This document shows positions 37,540 to 52,064 of a stretch of DNA of 64,000 bases, piece after piece. The notes beneath the pieces are model-generated. The model was not told where the DNA came from. It saw nothing but the letters and a program-made list of their open reading frames with translations, and made no database searches. The position numbers and the translations under genes are program-made. Within the stretch, counting starts at the first letter, position 1; each line of letters begins with the position of its first letter. Origin of the DNA: Octopus vulgaris (taxonomy: Eukaryota); contig OX597835.1 of assembly GCA_951406725.2 (NCBI GenBank), forward strand, positions 29,326,001 through 29,390,000. Direction: 5' to 3'.

Positions 37540-39810
37540 CCAAATCCTAATATACATCACACCATATCATAGAATTTTATTTTAATACTTCCAACTTTCT
37601 CTTCTACACGTGATTCATGAAGTGCTTTGAACGTCTTAACTGCAACCCCAATCATCAGGACTCTCCATAACTTTTTATAATTCTACAACTATTCCAATAT
37701 TTTTATATTTTATCAGTTACGAATGTAACTAACAAACAAATATGCTGGTGTGCAAATAAATTCGCAGAACCTTGCCGTGCAAGCCATAATTTAATTAATT
37801 AACAATTAAATTTATTTTTAATTTTTAAAAATTTCTTAAACTAAAATCAAACGTGACTTATGCCTAGGAACATACATATAAATTAATAATATGTAGGAAT
37901 GAAGAAAAATATTATATAGTGAAAAGAATATATAATATAGTGATGATAAAATAAACAGTAACAAAGAAATATATATTCGAATAAATACAATAGATAAAAG
38001 TGGACGTAAACAAATACGAATGAATGACAAAATGCAAATAGTATAAAAAGATATATAACGAAATCTACAGAGAAAAAAATTAAGAATGATAAAATATAAT
38101 TTTAATTTTAAAAAGTAAAAGTTAGAGCGTAATTAAAACGTAAAAAAATAACGTAAAACATATCGTAAAACAAATGTCGTAAAAAATATGTATGTTCAAT
38201 CTACCGCTCTATAACATGGTCATAAGTCGAGCTAAGTTCAACTTAACGCCGCAAGTCTCAGCGAAAATATCTACATTTCCACGTACTTGCTGCTTCATTT
38301 AAACTATTGCTTAATTAGCACATTATCTTGATAGTAACGATGGTGCAGGAAATAAATAAATGCATTATGGGGGCATTACTTTCTTTTATTTCTTATTATT
38401 ACCACCCTTTGTTCACACTCACCGCACTACTATACCTCCCCACACCGAATGGTAAGTATATTTAAACTAATACGTTCATATTAAATAATAGTGGTAGTGA
38501 CATTACGTACGAATTAAATTATTTCCTTATTTTAGGGTTGGACGTTGCTAATTAAGCACATCAGTTTATGTTTACATTTTATTTTTCTTTCCTCCTGAGC
38601 GTTAAGTAGTCGCATTTTGGCCCATAATATCTCCATGAATTCCTGGGTACATAACAGACATAACCTATTTCGAATTCTATACGATTTAGTTTTACTTATT
38701 ATATCCCATTTTAATTCATATTTGATTTCTTTCGACTTTAACCTCCAAATGTATTTACTTAATCCTGTCGATTTCATTAGTTTCTCATTTTAAATGAATT
38801 CATGTGCTGTGCTATTCGTTGCTTAATTCTATTCGATGTGGACCCAATATACGTTCTATCTGGATAACTTTCAATATCCGTATTATTTTTTTCGCTTTTT
38901 TCATTTCCATCTGCATTTACAGAAACCACACATTTATATACTACATCAATTACATTACATCTACCGTTAAGTTAAAGTGGTTTTTATCCCTACAGTTGCA
39001 ACTTTTAAATGTCTCCAACCCTCCTATTAGGGTGCTTATTTAATTTATCGTAGTAATATTTATTCAACCTAGGCTTATTTATTGATGAGATTATGTTCCT
39101 TACATTGTTAGTAGTAGAATATCCCACTCCTATATTATTATTTTTAGAGAATATGTCCATATATTTTTTTCCATAATAAAGGATTTTATTGTTTTAGTGA
39201 TTTCCTTTATAATACTACTTTTAACTTGAGTCCTATATGGGACTATCAACCGTATTGTTTTATTTTTATTTGTGTTTATAATATTATCCCTCGTATTTAT
39301 ATTTACGCAAATATCGTTATTATCTTCTACATTATTTAAAGTTTGGTCTGAATTATAATTTTCGTTTAATTTTAAATACTTCCCCATTAATCCAATCCTA
39401 TCCTTATTCTTTATTCCATTTATTTTTTCTGTTTTTATGCATTTTATCTGCTTCTTGAGTTCAATAAAATTACGATGTGTTACCCTATTATGAATATTAT
39501 ACTTCTTTTTCTTTTTCTTTTTATTTAAATTTAAATTTCTATTCCCATCTACGTTTTCTTTTATGTTTTTCCCTATATTATCATTATTTAGGTTGTTTAC
39601 GTTTTTATATTTTGTGTAATTGTTACTATTTTTATTCTTATCATAGAATTTAATTTGTTCCATGTATCCAGCCTTCCTTAATGCTTCGTTGTAGTAGTCA
39701 GCATTTCTTTGGAAGCTCTCATAATTCGAAGAGAGCATTGAAATTCTTTTCCCAATGTTATCTATCAAACTTTTCTTTATCGAGGTGGGGTGGTTACTGT
39801 ATGCATTATA
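37540..39810 (-). mobile_element. 5'-truncated Penelope-like element (GIY-YIG, Naiad-like)
   Basis: RT thumb SNHPTSIKKSL..NIGKRISMLSS..F...Y.EAL..AGY; linker CNCR...LNGRC; VVY...YIGST..IKQR..QH..SF; LSKYIWRLK...KW.I...CLLC.QE...LLN...E...CKH. Frameshifted. Confidence 0.88.
37600..37661 (-). ncRNA. Hammerhead-like motif in the 3' region of the Penelope-like element
   Basis: Minus: CTGATGA-t-tggggttgc...gcacttca-t-GAATC-acgt-GTA. One core mutation and a weak stem I. Confidence 0.45.
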
Positions 39811-40224
39811 AGGGCAGCTTACATAAGTTTTCATTAAAAAAAAACAGATGAGGGATGAAAAGAAGAGGAGAGGAAAACGTGATATAAAGTATGTGAATAG
39901 GATTAAGCCCAGTGAAAGAACGCCAAAGATCCCTGCTCGTTAGGGGCACAAGCCCTTGATCAACTGTTGTTTTCAAATCAACAGATGCAGACTTAGAATT
40001 CGTCCATTCAGCGTAAACATTTTTGTTACTGTCACTCACCTCTTGACGAATTTTGTAGGGTGGGCATTTCCTTCTCCAGCCTCACTCTATGACAACGAAG
40101 AGAAGAGTGGTATTCCTTAAACCTTTCAACCCCGTCCTTCCTACAACTTCTTTCACCGAGGGCCATTGGTCAGCAGACTACCGTTTGCACCAAGTTGTTA
40201 AATGTGGATAGAGGAGAAAGTAAG

Positions 40225-40400
40225 TAAATTTCCCTTCTCGAGTCTTGCCGACTCATAAGGGCTGGTTTCCCTGTTTCACGGTATATATATTCCCCACCTG
40301 GACGGGACGCCGGTCCGTCGCAGGGTTATTCATTTTTGCTAGCTGAGTGGACTGGAGCAATGTGAAATGAAGTGTTTTGCTCAAGAACACAAAGCAACGC
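40225..40400 (-). mobile_element. SINE family C, 5'-truncated
   Basis: Reverse of tgtgttcttgagcaaaacacttcatttcacattgctccagtccactcagctagcaaaaatgaataa. Confidence 0.75.
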
Positions 40401-41038
40401 TCGGACATTGCACGAATGCGTGCAGTACATGTTGTGGCCATTGCTGGCAGCTCAGATAGTCGACCTTGGTTCGTTTCTAGTTTTGGCACAAAACAGTAAT
40501 TTTGAGGGGACGGGGTTAGTCAATATCATCGACTCCAGTACTTGACAGATACTTTATTCTATCGATCCCTGAAAGAAAGAAAGAAAAAAAGAAAGAAAGA
40601 AAGAAAGAAAGAAAAAAGAAAGAAAGAAAAAAGAAAGAAAGAAAGAAAGAAACGTTGGCCGTCGGCAGGATTTGACCGCAGGATGTAAAGAGTCAGAACA
40701 TACACGGCAAGACTTTCTGTTTCCGACGTTCAGCAATTCTTCTAGGACGTTTGTAATGGCAGACTGGCGCGAATACGAACGCAACAAGGATGAACCGACA
40801 CAAAAATAAAGGAAGACTTGAAGAGAAAAAAAAAAAAAGGAAAACGTTAAGATAAAGTGAAGCATGAGGGTGGCGGGTGGGGTGGGGGAGGAATAAAGAA
40901 TGAAAGACAATAAACGAAAACGCCAAAATACTCACCCCCACACCGCGCCCACCCCCACTAACACAAAAAATGGGGTTCTGTGTAGAGAGGGTTGAGCAAA
41001 AAACAAAAACATAAAACAAATAGTTAAGAATAACAAAT

Positions 41039-41097
<59 letters not shown>

Positions 41098-41275
41098 TTC
41101 TATACAGGAGGAAAAATACGAGATAAGTTGTGTTCCTGGAACTTGGAGGAAGAATTCTTCTGCTGAATTTCAATAACCTTTTAGTCTAGCGTCATATAAT
41201 TGTTCCTTAACTGTCGTCAGTTCTTCAACTCTTTCTCTTGTACTCATTTCTTACTTTCTCGCTTGCTTCTTTCGA

Positions 41276-41357
<82 letters not shown>

Positions 41358-41368
41358 TATATACATAC

Positions 41369-41451
<83 letters not shown>

Positions 41452-41869
41452 AATATATATAAATATACATACATATGCACGAATGCATGCACACACATAT
41501 ATAAATATACTCACACACACACACACATATTTGCTAAATTCTTTGTGGAATTTTTCCTTGTTTCAAAATCGCCGTTCTCGTTGTTGTTGTTGTTGTTGTT
41601 GTTGTTCTTGTTCTTGTTGTCGTCGTCGTCGTTGCTTTTGTTATTTTTATTGTTTTTGCTTTTCGCGTTGTTTTATTGTTGCTTTTTAGTTGTTCGTATT
41701 GCTTCTACTATTCACGTTTCTTCTTGTCATTGGCGTTGCTGTTGTTGTTTTTACTGTTGCTGTTGATTTAAGTTTTCGCAACATTTTCCCGGTAAAACGC
41801 TAACACATGCCGCCTATGATTAAGGAGGGAGTATCAGAAAGGTTAGAGGTTTTTATCTCTCTCTTGTTG

Positions 41870-42233
41870 GTGTTGTTGTTGCTGTTCTTCTTCTGCTTCT
41901 GCTTCTCCTTCTTCTTCTTCTTCTTCTTCTTCTTCTTCTTCTTCTTCTTCTTTCTTCTTCTTCTTCTTCTTCTTCTTCTTCTGCTTCTGCTTCTCCTTCT
42001 TCTTCTTCTTCTTCTTCTTCTTCTTCTTCTTCTTTCTGCTTCTCCTTCTTCTTCTTCTTCTTCTTCTTCTTCTTCTTCTTCTTCTTCTTCTTCTTCTTCT
42101 TCGTCTTCGTTGTCGTCGACGTTTATTTCTTCTTACTCATCCTCTTTCTAACACTTCACCATTTTCTGTTTACTTACTTTTCCTCCACTTTTTCCTTTCC
42201 ATTTTACTTCGATTCCATCATCATCATCGGCGA

Positions 42234-42264
<31 letters not shown>

Positions 42265-42538
42265 GTTGTCATTCATCTCGTTTAGTTGCTGTCATCATAT
42301 TTTGCTTTTCTTATTCGTGTTTTCTTTCGCCCCTCCTGCCCCTCCTCATCCTTATAATCAATTTTCTTCTTCTTCTTCTTCTTCTTCTTCTTCTTCTTCT
42401 TCTTCTTCTTCTTCTTCTTCTTCTTCTTCTTCTTCTTCTTCTTCTTCTTTTTCTTCGTTGTCGTCGTCGCCATCTTGTCATTCTCACATTTTTCTCTTCC
42501 GTTTATTATAATTTCTCGTTTTACTATTCTATATACAT

Positions 42539-42570
<32 letters not shown>

Positions 42571-42720
42571 CTTCTTCTTCTTCTTCTTCTTCTTCTTCTT
42601 CTTCTTCTTCTTCCTTTCTTCTTCTTCTTATTCTTCCTCTTCTTCCTTTCTTCTTCTTCTTCTTCTTCCTCTTCTTCCTTTCTTCTTCGTCTTCTTCTTC
42701 TTCTTCTTCTTCTTCCTCAT
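41870..42720. repeat. (CTT)n/(CAT)n/(GTT)n trinucleotide tracts
   Basis: Directly visible. Confidence 0.9.
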
Positions 42721-43017
42721 TCTCTTCCTCTTTTCTTGTTCTTGATGTTGTTCTTTTGCTTCGGCTTCAGTGTTTATTGCCGATGTTGTTGTTGTTGACG
42801 TTATGTTGTCGTTGTTGCTGTTGTTGCTTTTTTATCATCGTTGTTTTGGCATTCGAATGTATGCCATTCGGTATACCATCAACATTCAGCATTCAGAATT
42901 TTTACATTCCAAAATACTTGAATTTTTGCGAACGAGCGAACCTCACTATTTTTCTTTCAACAAAAGCAGAATCTCTGCTGACGATTAGAGCTGTCAGCAT
43001 ATAATGCGTTTGTGTAT

Positions 43018-43059
<42 letters not shown>

Positions 43060-43139
43060 CGCAGGAAGATACGCACACATATTTATATACTATGCATAAA
43101 CATCTACATAATATGTGTGCATATATATGTATATATGTA

Positions 43140-43186
<47 letters not shown>

Positions 43187-43271
43187 ATATATACATACAT
43201 GTATATGTATGCATAAGGTATATATATATATATATATTCATATATATATTTTATATATTTACATATGTGTG

Positions 43272-43317
<46 letters not shown>

Positions 43318-43586
43318 TACACATATATGGATATATATATAGATATTTCTATACACACACACAAATATGCAATGCATACATTGCAGCATACACACTCAAT
43401 TACGTATGCATACATTCACACACACACACACACAGAGGTGCGCACACATACATACATACATACATATACATATATACATACATACATACATACATACTTA
43501 CATACATACATAGAGAAGCGTACGAACTTAATTGCTTCAGAGTCTAAAATCTACATAGCTTTCGTATTGACCTTGAGGTTCAAAAC

Positions 43587-43671
<85 letters not shown>

Positions 43672-44272
43672 TAATAATAAAGCAAAAGAAAACAAGAGAA
43701 AAAATTTCAAGGAATAATAAATAAATAAATATACGTATAAACAAAGATGGAAAGAAAGAAAGGAAAGAAGAGAAGAGGAAAATAAAAACATAACCTAACA
43801 AGTGAAATGGAGGGTACAGTGTTTTGACATAACTAAAATCCCACTACACATTCAGATGCACACACACACACACACACACACACTTCCTTCTCTCCTACAT
43901 GCCTTCCTTCTACCATAACCACCACCACCACTGCCAACACAACCACTGCCACCGCCACAACATGTGCCTTCACCCCTAAACCACCGCCCAAACCTCCTTT
44001 TCAGCCGTCATCGTAACAGCGCGCCTTTCTCGCGCACCATCGCTGTTTTTCTTTTTGTTTTTTCCCTTGTTTTGTTTTTTTTTTGGTATTTTTTTTGACG
44101 ACCCACTACCATCCACCCACTAAATCTCTACACACACATATACATACATACATACATACAGACAGACAGACACACATACACACACACACACACACACAAA
44201 CAGACACACATACATTAGCATCACCACCACAACCAGCAGGGAAACAGCCACGCATACATACATACATATATG

Positions 44273-44307
<35 letters not shown>

Positions 44308-44404
44308 TACATGTATATACACACACATGCATATACATATATATATATTTATATATATGCATATATACATATATACATATATATTTATATATATATATAA
44401 ATAC

Positions 44405-44439
<35 letters not shown>

Positions 44440-44556
44440 TATACATATGTATATATATATATGTATGTATGTATGTGTATATATATATAAATACACACAC
44501 ATTATATATATGCAGATATATACATACATATATATACATATGTATATATAATATAA

Positions 44557-44632
<76 letters not shown>

Positions 44633-45012
44633 GTATGTACGTATGTGTGTATACATACACTCACATACACATAGTCACACACAAACACACACGGCACACA
44701 AATAATTTCTACTGCCACCTCTGTTATAAACTCCAGGAGGTGTTTGACACTGGGGTGTGGCACGGTTCGGGTAATAAACATATACACACGCGCACACACA
44801 GTTACATGCACTCATATATATATATATATATACATACACACACACATATATATATATATATACATACATACACACACATACACACACATATGTATATATA
44901 TACATGTATGCATATATGTATGTATACACATGCATATAATTATACACGTATATATACTGACACAAATAGTATTTTAAAACGAGAAGATGGAAGGAACGGG
45001 CTTTACTCCAAA

Positions 45013-45119
45013 TCACTACAATTGTTTCGGCACATCAGTATTTCTTGGTAATTACTGAAATCTACATACATTATACATATTAATATGATCCAGCTGTGTA
45101 CCTGAACATCTTCGAGTGA
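45013..45119 (-). ncRNA. Decayed hammerhead with long stem II
   Basis: Minus: tcac-TCGAAGA-tgttca-ggtacacag...ctgatgtgcc-GAAAC-aatt-GTA-gtga. Confidence 0.45.
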
Positions 45120-45213
45120 GTTGCGTCCAGACTACAACTAGATGAGTTCTAGTCTCTCACAGCGCATACATAAATGTATTTAAATTTACCCGTGCCTGTA
45201 TCTGTCTCTCTCC

Positions 45214-45299
<86 letters not shown>

Positions 45300-45301
<2 letters not shown>

Positions 45302-45432
45302 GACACGCTTCTTTCAGTCTCCGCCTACCAAATCCAGTCACAAGGCTTTGGTCAGCCCGTGTCTATAGTAGCCCAAGTTGCTACGCAGTGGGACCGAACC
45401 CGGAACCATGTGGTTGGGAAGCAAGCTACACA
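45300..45432 (-). mobile_element. SINE family A, 5' part
   Basis: cgacacgcttctttcagt...gaacccggaaccatgtggttgggaagcaagcta. Confidence 0.8.
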
Positions 45433-45450
45433 CATACATACATACATACA

Positions 45451-45499
<49 letters not shown>

Positions 45500-45528
45500 G
45501 TATGTATATATATATATATATATGTATG

Positions 45529-45561
<33 letters not shown>

Positions 45562-45566
45562 GTATG

Positions 45567-45599
<33 letters not shown>

Positions 45600-46324
45600 C
45601 AGACATATATATTTATATGCATGTATCTGTATATATATATATATATTTGTATTTATACATGTATATATATATATATACCTATATATATGCATATATTTAT
45701 ATACATATATATATATATATATGTATATATATACATATACATATGCACACATGAATGTTTATTTATGTATTAATATAATTATGTACGTATGGGTGCGAGC
45801 TTCTGTATGTGCGTGTGTATGTGTGTGTGTATGTGAGTGCGTGTGTGTGCGCGTGCATGCTTTGTGTGCAGAATGTGGCAAGCGATCAAGAATTAAAGCA
45901 CCATGAATGGATAAAATCAAATACGCCGAGCTGTTAAAAAATTATGTCCGGTTGGCAAAGACTCAACCGGATACATAAACATGTGTAGGCCATTTACTGA
46001 AACCATTCTCAGCCCCCAGTGTAATCCCGAATCGGCCACGTAACCGACTGCGTATTTGGCGTCGCTGCCTCCTCCAGGTCATTCCACAAACCACAATTAT
46101 GAGAGTCTACACCAACCTCCCTGACAGTGTGACCCCCCCATCCCCGCTCTTCGGATGCTGTAATCCGGAAGAAGAGATTCGCAGTAGGAGAGCAAGAAAG
46201 TGGTGAATTCTTATGTTGTGTAAGTCATACAGTTACACAATTTTCCTGAGAGACGAATAGCGTCCTTCCGTCATCACGTAAATGGGTTTTCGTTTTTTTT
46301 TGGGGGGGGGGGGGTCTTTTTCTT

Positions 46325-46465
46325 TTTCTTTTTGATCTTAAAGTCCTGGTCACTAAACACGTTTGATCGTTAAGTCGGACATCTTGAACTGCTTGACAGT
46401 AGCTCTCATCGACACACTGTCAATGATGATGATGATGATGAGGAGGAGGAGGAGGAGGAAGGTGG

Positions 46466-46513
<48 letters not shown>

Positions 46514-46630
46514 CGATGATGATGATGATGATAACGTCGACGGCGAGGACGACAGCGACGATGACGACGACGACGACGACGACGATGATGATGATGATGA
46601 TGGTGATGATGAGGAGGACGAGGAAGGTGG

Positions 46631-46669
<39 letters not shown>

Positions 46670-46960
46670 CGATGATGATGATGATAACGACGACAGCGAC
46701 GACGACGATGATGATCATGATGATGGTGATGTCCTGTGCCTCCTGGACATCTTGTGTCATTCTTACAACGTCTGGCCACTGACAATATCTTTGTGTTCTT
46801 TTTCTCTTTATCGCAAATCAAAACGTTTTTACCAAAGTCCTTCACCTCTTTTGTGACCTTCAACACAAAAGACCCGGCCTCGTTCAAGAAGCTTAGCCTC
46901 ATGTCTACTCTAAGAAACCTATACTTATAAGCGTTCCAGCCATGGGTCACACCTCATAGT
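46325..46960 (-). mobile_element. Tc1/maT-like transposase N-terminal relic split by a trinucleotide expansion
   Basis: FLNEAGSFVLKVTKEV...VQEAQDI [ATC-type repeat] IDSVSMRATVKQFKMSDLTIKRV resembles the two HTH segments of Tc1/mariner-superfamily transposases. Confidence 0.5.
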
Positions 46961-47021
46961 GTGTCCTCTGTTTTTCTTTTCTGGTTTTGTTTTAAAGAAT
47001 AAATAGTTTGGGTTGCGATAT

Positions 47022-47259
47022 TCTTTTATTCTTTTACTTGTTCCAGTCATTTTACTGCGGCCATGCTAGAGCACCGCCTTTAGTCGAACAAATCGATGGC
47101 AGGACTTATTCTTTGTAAGACTAGTACTTATTCTATCGGTGTCTATCGCCGAACCGCTAAGTTACGGGGACGTACGCACACCAGCATCGGTTGTCAAGCG
47201 ATGTTGTGGGGACAAACACAGACATACAAAGACACACACTTAGACACGAAGGCACACAT

Positions 47260-47294
<35 letters not shown>

Positions 47295-47410
47295 CGACAG
47301 GCTTCTTTCAGTTTCCTTCTACCAAATCCACTCACAAGGCTTTGGCCGGCTCGAGGCTATAATAGAAGACACTTGCCCAAGGCGCCACGTAGTGGGACTG
47401 AACCCGGAAT
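47022..47410 (-). mobile_element. SINE family A, head truncated
   Basis: Colinear with 558-900. Confidence 0.9.
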
Positions 47411-47660
47411 GTAATAACTATTTCTAGTAATTTTAGTAGCCGTATCGAGATTTCATTTGGTTGTTGTTAGTACGTTTTGTGTTCTTCCGGCCCTTTTGTG
47501 TCTAGTGTCCAAATGCCACCCAGGTCAGCTTTAACTCTCACTTGTTAGTGGTCGATAAAATGATATACCTGTTGAATACTGGGGTCGATGTAATGTACTT
47601 GACCCCTTCTCTCAAAATTGCTAACCCTGTTCCAAAATTAGAAAAATATTATCAATGATT

Positions 47661-48053
47661 GAGTGGCTGTGTGGTAAGTAGCTTGCTTACCAACCACATG
47701 GTTCCGGGTTCAGTCCCACTGCGTGGTACCTTGGGCAAGTGTCTTCTACTATAGCCTCGGCCCGACCAAAGCCTTGTGAGTAGACGGAAACTGAAAGAAG
47801 CCCGTCGTATATATGTATATTTATATGTGTATGTGTGCGTGTATGTTTGTGTCTGTGTTTGTCCCCCCAACATCGGTTGACAACCGATGCTGGTGTATTC
47901 ACGTCTCCGTAACTTAGCGGTTCGGTAAAAGTGACCTATAGAATAAGTACTAGGCTTGCAAAGAATAAGTCCTGGGGTTGATTTGCTCGACTAAAGGCGG
48001 TGCTCCAGCATGGCCGCAGTCAAATGACTGAAACAAGTAAAAGAGTAAAGAGT
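47661..48053 (+). mobile_element. SINE family A, full length
   Basis: A and B boxes, core and tail all present. Confidence 0.92.
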
Positions 48054-48459
48054 AATGGCGATATGCTATCAGAATCATTGAACGGCGGACAAAATGCTTA
48101 CCAGTATTTGTTGTGATCCTGTAAGTTTTGTCTTTAATTCTGAGAACAACTTTGCTTTCATCCTTACTGGTACTAATGTCCTGCTATTGGTGGTATTGAC
48201 TAACATTCCACTAAAATTGCTAGATACGTGCTAAAATTAGAAAGCATTAGTGCTATTTAAAGTCATGTTAACCTTAATAGAAGGAAGTTTTGATGAAGGC
48301 GATTCAGCTTTCACCATTTCATGTTTCTGAAAATACCAGCGACTACATCGTCCAATGTATTCTTTCTTATCCAAGACAATAAAGTACGATGTGGGTGATA
48401 AGTGGTTGCTGTTTTCAGCTACTTTAGGCGTTAATGCAAAGATTAGGCTAATAAATTAT

Positions 48460-48580
<121 letters not shown>

Positions 48581-48596
48581 AGTCTGTCTATCTATC

Positions 48597-48803
<207 letters not shown>

Positions 48804-48915
48804 GATTTATTTATCTATTTATATAACTACCGGTCAATCTATTTATCTATCAATCTATCTTATATATCAAATATCTATTTCTTTTTTGTAGCTATCTATT
48901 TATCAATCTCTTTAC

Positions 48916-48972
<57 letters not shown>

Positions 48973-48987
48973 AGTCTGTCTGTCTAC

Positions 48988-49221
48988 CTATTTCTTTATT
49001 ACTCACAATGGGCTAAACATAGAGGGTACAAACATGGACAGACATAGATATTAAGTCGATTACATCGACCCCAGTGCGTAACTGGTACTTAATTTATCGA
49101 CCCCAGAAGGATGAAAGGCAAAGTCGACCTCGGCGGAATTTGAACTCAGAACGTAACGGCAGACGAAATACGGCTACGCATTTCGCCCGGCGTGCTAACG
49201 TTTCTGCCAGCACGCCGCCTT
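48988..49221 (-). mobile_element. SINE family B, tail type 2, full length
   Basis: Complete head to tail, flanked by similar gtctgtctgtctacc sequence on both sides. Confidence 0.9.
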
Positions 49222-49322
49222 AATGTCTGTCTGTCTGTCTACCAATATCTCTCTCTACTTACATATCTATTTGCCAATCTGGTTTTGTCTTTTTTTGGAG
49301 GGGTTGGTGGATACAGATTTTT

Positions 49323-50226
49323 ATACAGATAAGTTGTACCATAGGCCATCGCAGTTTTAGTAAATTTGACTAAATTTGACAATTTTTATGACTCGTCTTT
49401 TTTTCTTTTTTCAGAAATACCTTGAGATATTGAACAATCAACGGCATTGGTGACCCTTTTGGTTAAAGCTGTAGTTGAGAAAAAGTTAGCTGACATGGAG
49501 GACAGGAAGCCATCTGAATATTAGAAGAGTTTTCCTTTATCTTGATGTTTGGCGCTGAGCATCGAAATACCGACATCGTGACTGTGAGCTTTGTAAAGGT
49601 TGTAAGGCGTGACATGAGCATCATGAAAAAACGTACCCCTAAACTGTGATGGTCTTTGGATGTGCCTCCAGTGAAGGAGCGCCCTCATCTTGAAACAAGA
49701 CGTTCAGCTCACTTCAGCCAGCTATGTGAAGCTGCTGGAGGTTGGTCGAACCCTGGCTGAAGTGGGTTGCTGCTACAAGGTCATATGTGTGGCAGCAAGG
49801 TTCGTCTCCTAGTGATACCTTCAGAAATAGTAAGAAGTGGTTGTTGGAGAACTTCAACACTCCACCAAACCCAATTTCTGGCCTCCTACCCCCGATTGTA
49901 ATCCTAGAGATTATTATCTGTTGGGTGTGATTTAGAAAGACTCCAACGGCTCCACCTGCAATATCAAGGCCGAGCTGGTGACCAAGATCAAGGAAGTGTC
50001 CGAAGATCTTCCCATGGATACAGCGAGGAACACAAGAGCCAGGTTCCGGAGCAATCTTGAGACCGTAATGGTAACTGAGAATTGCTACTCTGAGTATACT
50101 GTTATCTCCCGGCCATAGTCTAGTTGATGTTCTTTTGGTTTTTAAAATTATTTTATTTTTCAATGGGATATTGTATTTTCTTTTCTTTGTGTGCAAACTG
50201 TCAAATTTAGCGCGAACACCCTGTAT
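49323..50226 (+). mobile_element. Tc1/maT-like DNA transposon relic
   Basis: YVWQQGSSP (QQDxAP), WLLENF, FWPP..PDCNPRDY..W. Right TIR tgtcaaatttagcgcgaacaccctg+ta; a similar end recurs at 50420-50450. Confidence 0.7.
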
Positions 50227-51539
50227 ACACATATGCATAAATGAGAAGTGTATGACGTGGATTCGGGGAACCGCGAGGTTATCGCAGAAACTTCCTGTTA
50301 ACAGCCTCACCTCTCAATCCACACAGTAATCAATTATAAATAAGTGTAATGTAAAGCGCCTATGTAACAATTTATGCAAACTATCAACTAATTCATGCAA
50401 ACTGTCAGATTATTTATGCAAACTGTGAAATTTAGCCCGGACACACTGTATGTAAAAATCTAAATAGCCTAGACATCGGAGCAGCAGCTTTCTCGTTATT
50501 TCTCCTTAGATGTTCTTTCCACCCGCAGTTTTTTATGCATCATGCACACACGCCAGGCAGCTGGATTCAACAATACATAACTCCTGTTATCTATCTCGTA
50601 GAACAGTATCTGGTTGAGGTTTTTAAATGAAATGTTCCAAGAACTGTTAATTATTTTTAAAGATGTGAATACATTCGGATTCTAGTGTGTCTTTGATATG
50701 ACTCGCAGGACATTCTTGTGGGTAGTATTTTAGATAATTTTAGCAACAATGTCATATCTGACAGGAAAGTAGAATCTTGAAAACACTTTTGAACAGATGG
50801 TAATGTAAGTGAATTATTCCACACTGTTATGGCACATTCGACATTTTGTATCACAATGTGAGGTTCCAATATTGCTTGAACTCTCTTGTGGGTAAAGAAC
50901 ATTTTGGCTTGAGCTTTAGCGAGATTTTTATCTCTGTTGTAGATCAGGTATTTCTTGATCCTGAAGAGCAAAGAAGCAGCCCTCCAGGTGAGATATGATG
51001 CATTTATATCAAGTCTTGATATTCTCAAACTTGCGAGATATTCTTGGTATGCTTCAGCTTGCAGAAGATAACAGATCCATTAAGCCAAAGTGACTTACTT
51101 TGGTGCTGTATTACTTACGTATAACACTATTTATTAGAACAGAGATAATTTCTAAGAAAGAAACAAAATTGAATCGCCGAAAAGTTATGTGTATGTTGAA
51201 TTTTAGAAAAGCCGTGCATATTTTTCTGTTCCACTTACAGATTGCATCTGAGAAGAGCGTGTTTTCCTGAAATTGTAAATTGTCACTTAGACATTTGCTA
51301 ACATAACCAAAAGCATCAATAATTACTGGTATGAATGTAAATTGAAAATCAAGGTAGAGGATTTGCCGGTTTCGAAGCAGTTGCTCATCGATATTCTCAT
51401 GGTTCAGTTTGGAATATTTGTTTACATGTACAGGGCAGCAAACCTCTATGGCTAAACATGATTCAATTTTGCAGTCCCAAATTATTATATCAGACCTGTT
51501 ATGTGTTTAGCCGCTGAACACATTTGTTATGTCACCCAG

Positions 51540-52063
51540 TTTCATCTTAGGAATTAAAGGGCTTTGCTGTATAGGATGAAGCATGGGTCCATCATTATAA
51601 TCCTGGGACTAAAGTCCAGTTGAAGCAATGGAAGCACGATAACTCTCCACCTTCCAATTAAGGTTCGTGTCCAACCCTCAACAAGCTAGGTGATGCTCAG
51701 TCTTTTGGGACCAGCGCAGAATAGTGATGATGGATTTTCTAGCAAAGGGCACCACAATTAACGGGACATATTCTGCTTCTCTGCTACAGTAATTCCATTA
51801 AAACAGAGAGGTGTGGCATGCTGACCAAAGGTATCCGCCCCCTCCACGACAACGCCCCAGTTCACAATGCGCATGTTGCCTAGATGAAAACACACTCCTG
51901 TGGCTATGAAATCCTTCTTCATCCCGCTTACTCTACCGACCACGCACCATCTGACCTCCAATTTTTTCCAAACATGAAGTCTTTGTTGAAGGGGAAGCAC
52001 TTTTCGGATGATGATGAACTTATTTCCAAGGTAAAGTCTTGCCTCTAGACGCAACCTACCGAC
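51540..52063 (+). mobile_element. mariner transposase relic (catalytic domain)
   Basis: DEAWVHHYNPGTKVQLKQWKH, LHDNAPVH, HPAYSTDHAPSDLQFFPNMK. Confidence 0.88.
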
Positions 52064-52064
52064 T

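Noticed and set aside
46420-46950. Poly-His protein
   Set aside because: (CAT)n array inside a probable transposase relic.
50460-51480. Possible ancient LTR-retrotransposon (BEL-like) relic including the 123-aa ORF
   Set aside because: Only vague motif resemblance; needs tBLASTx.
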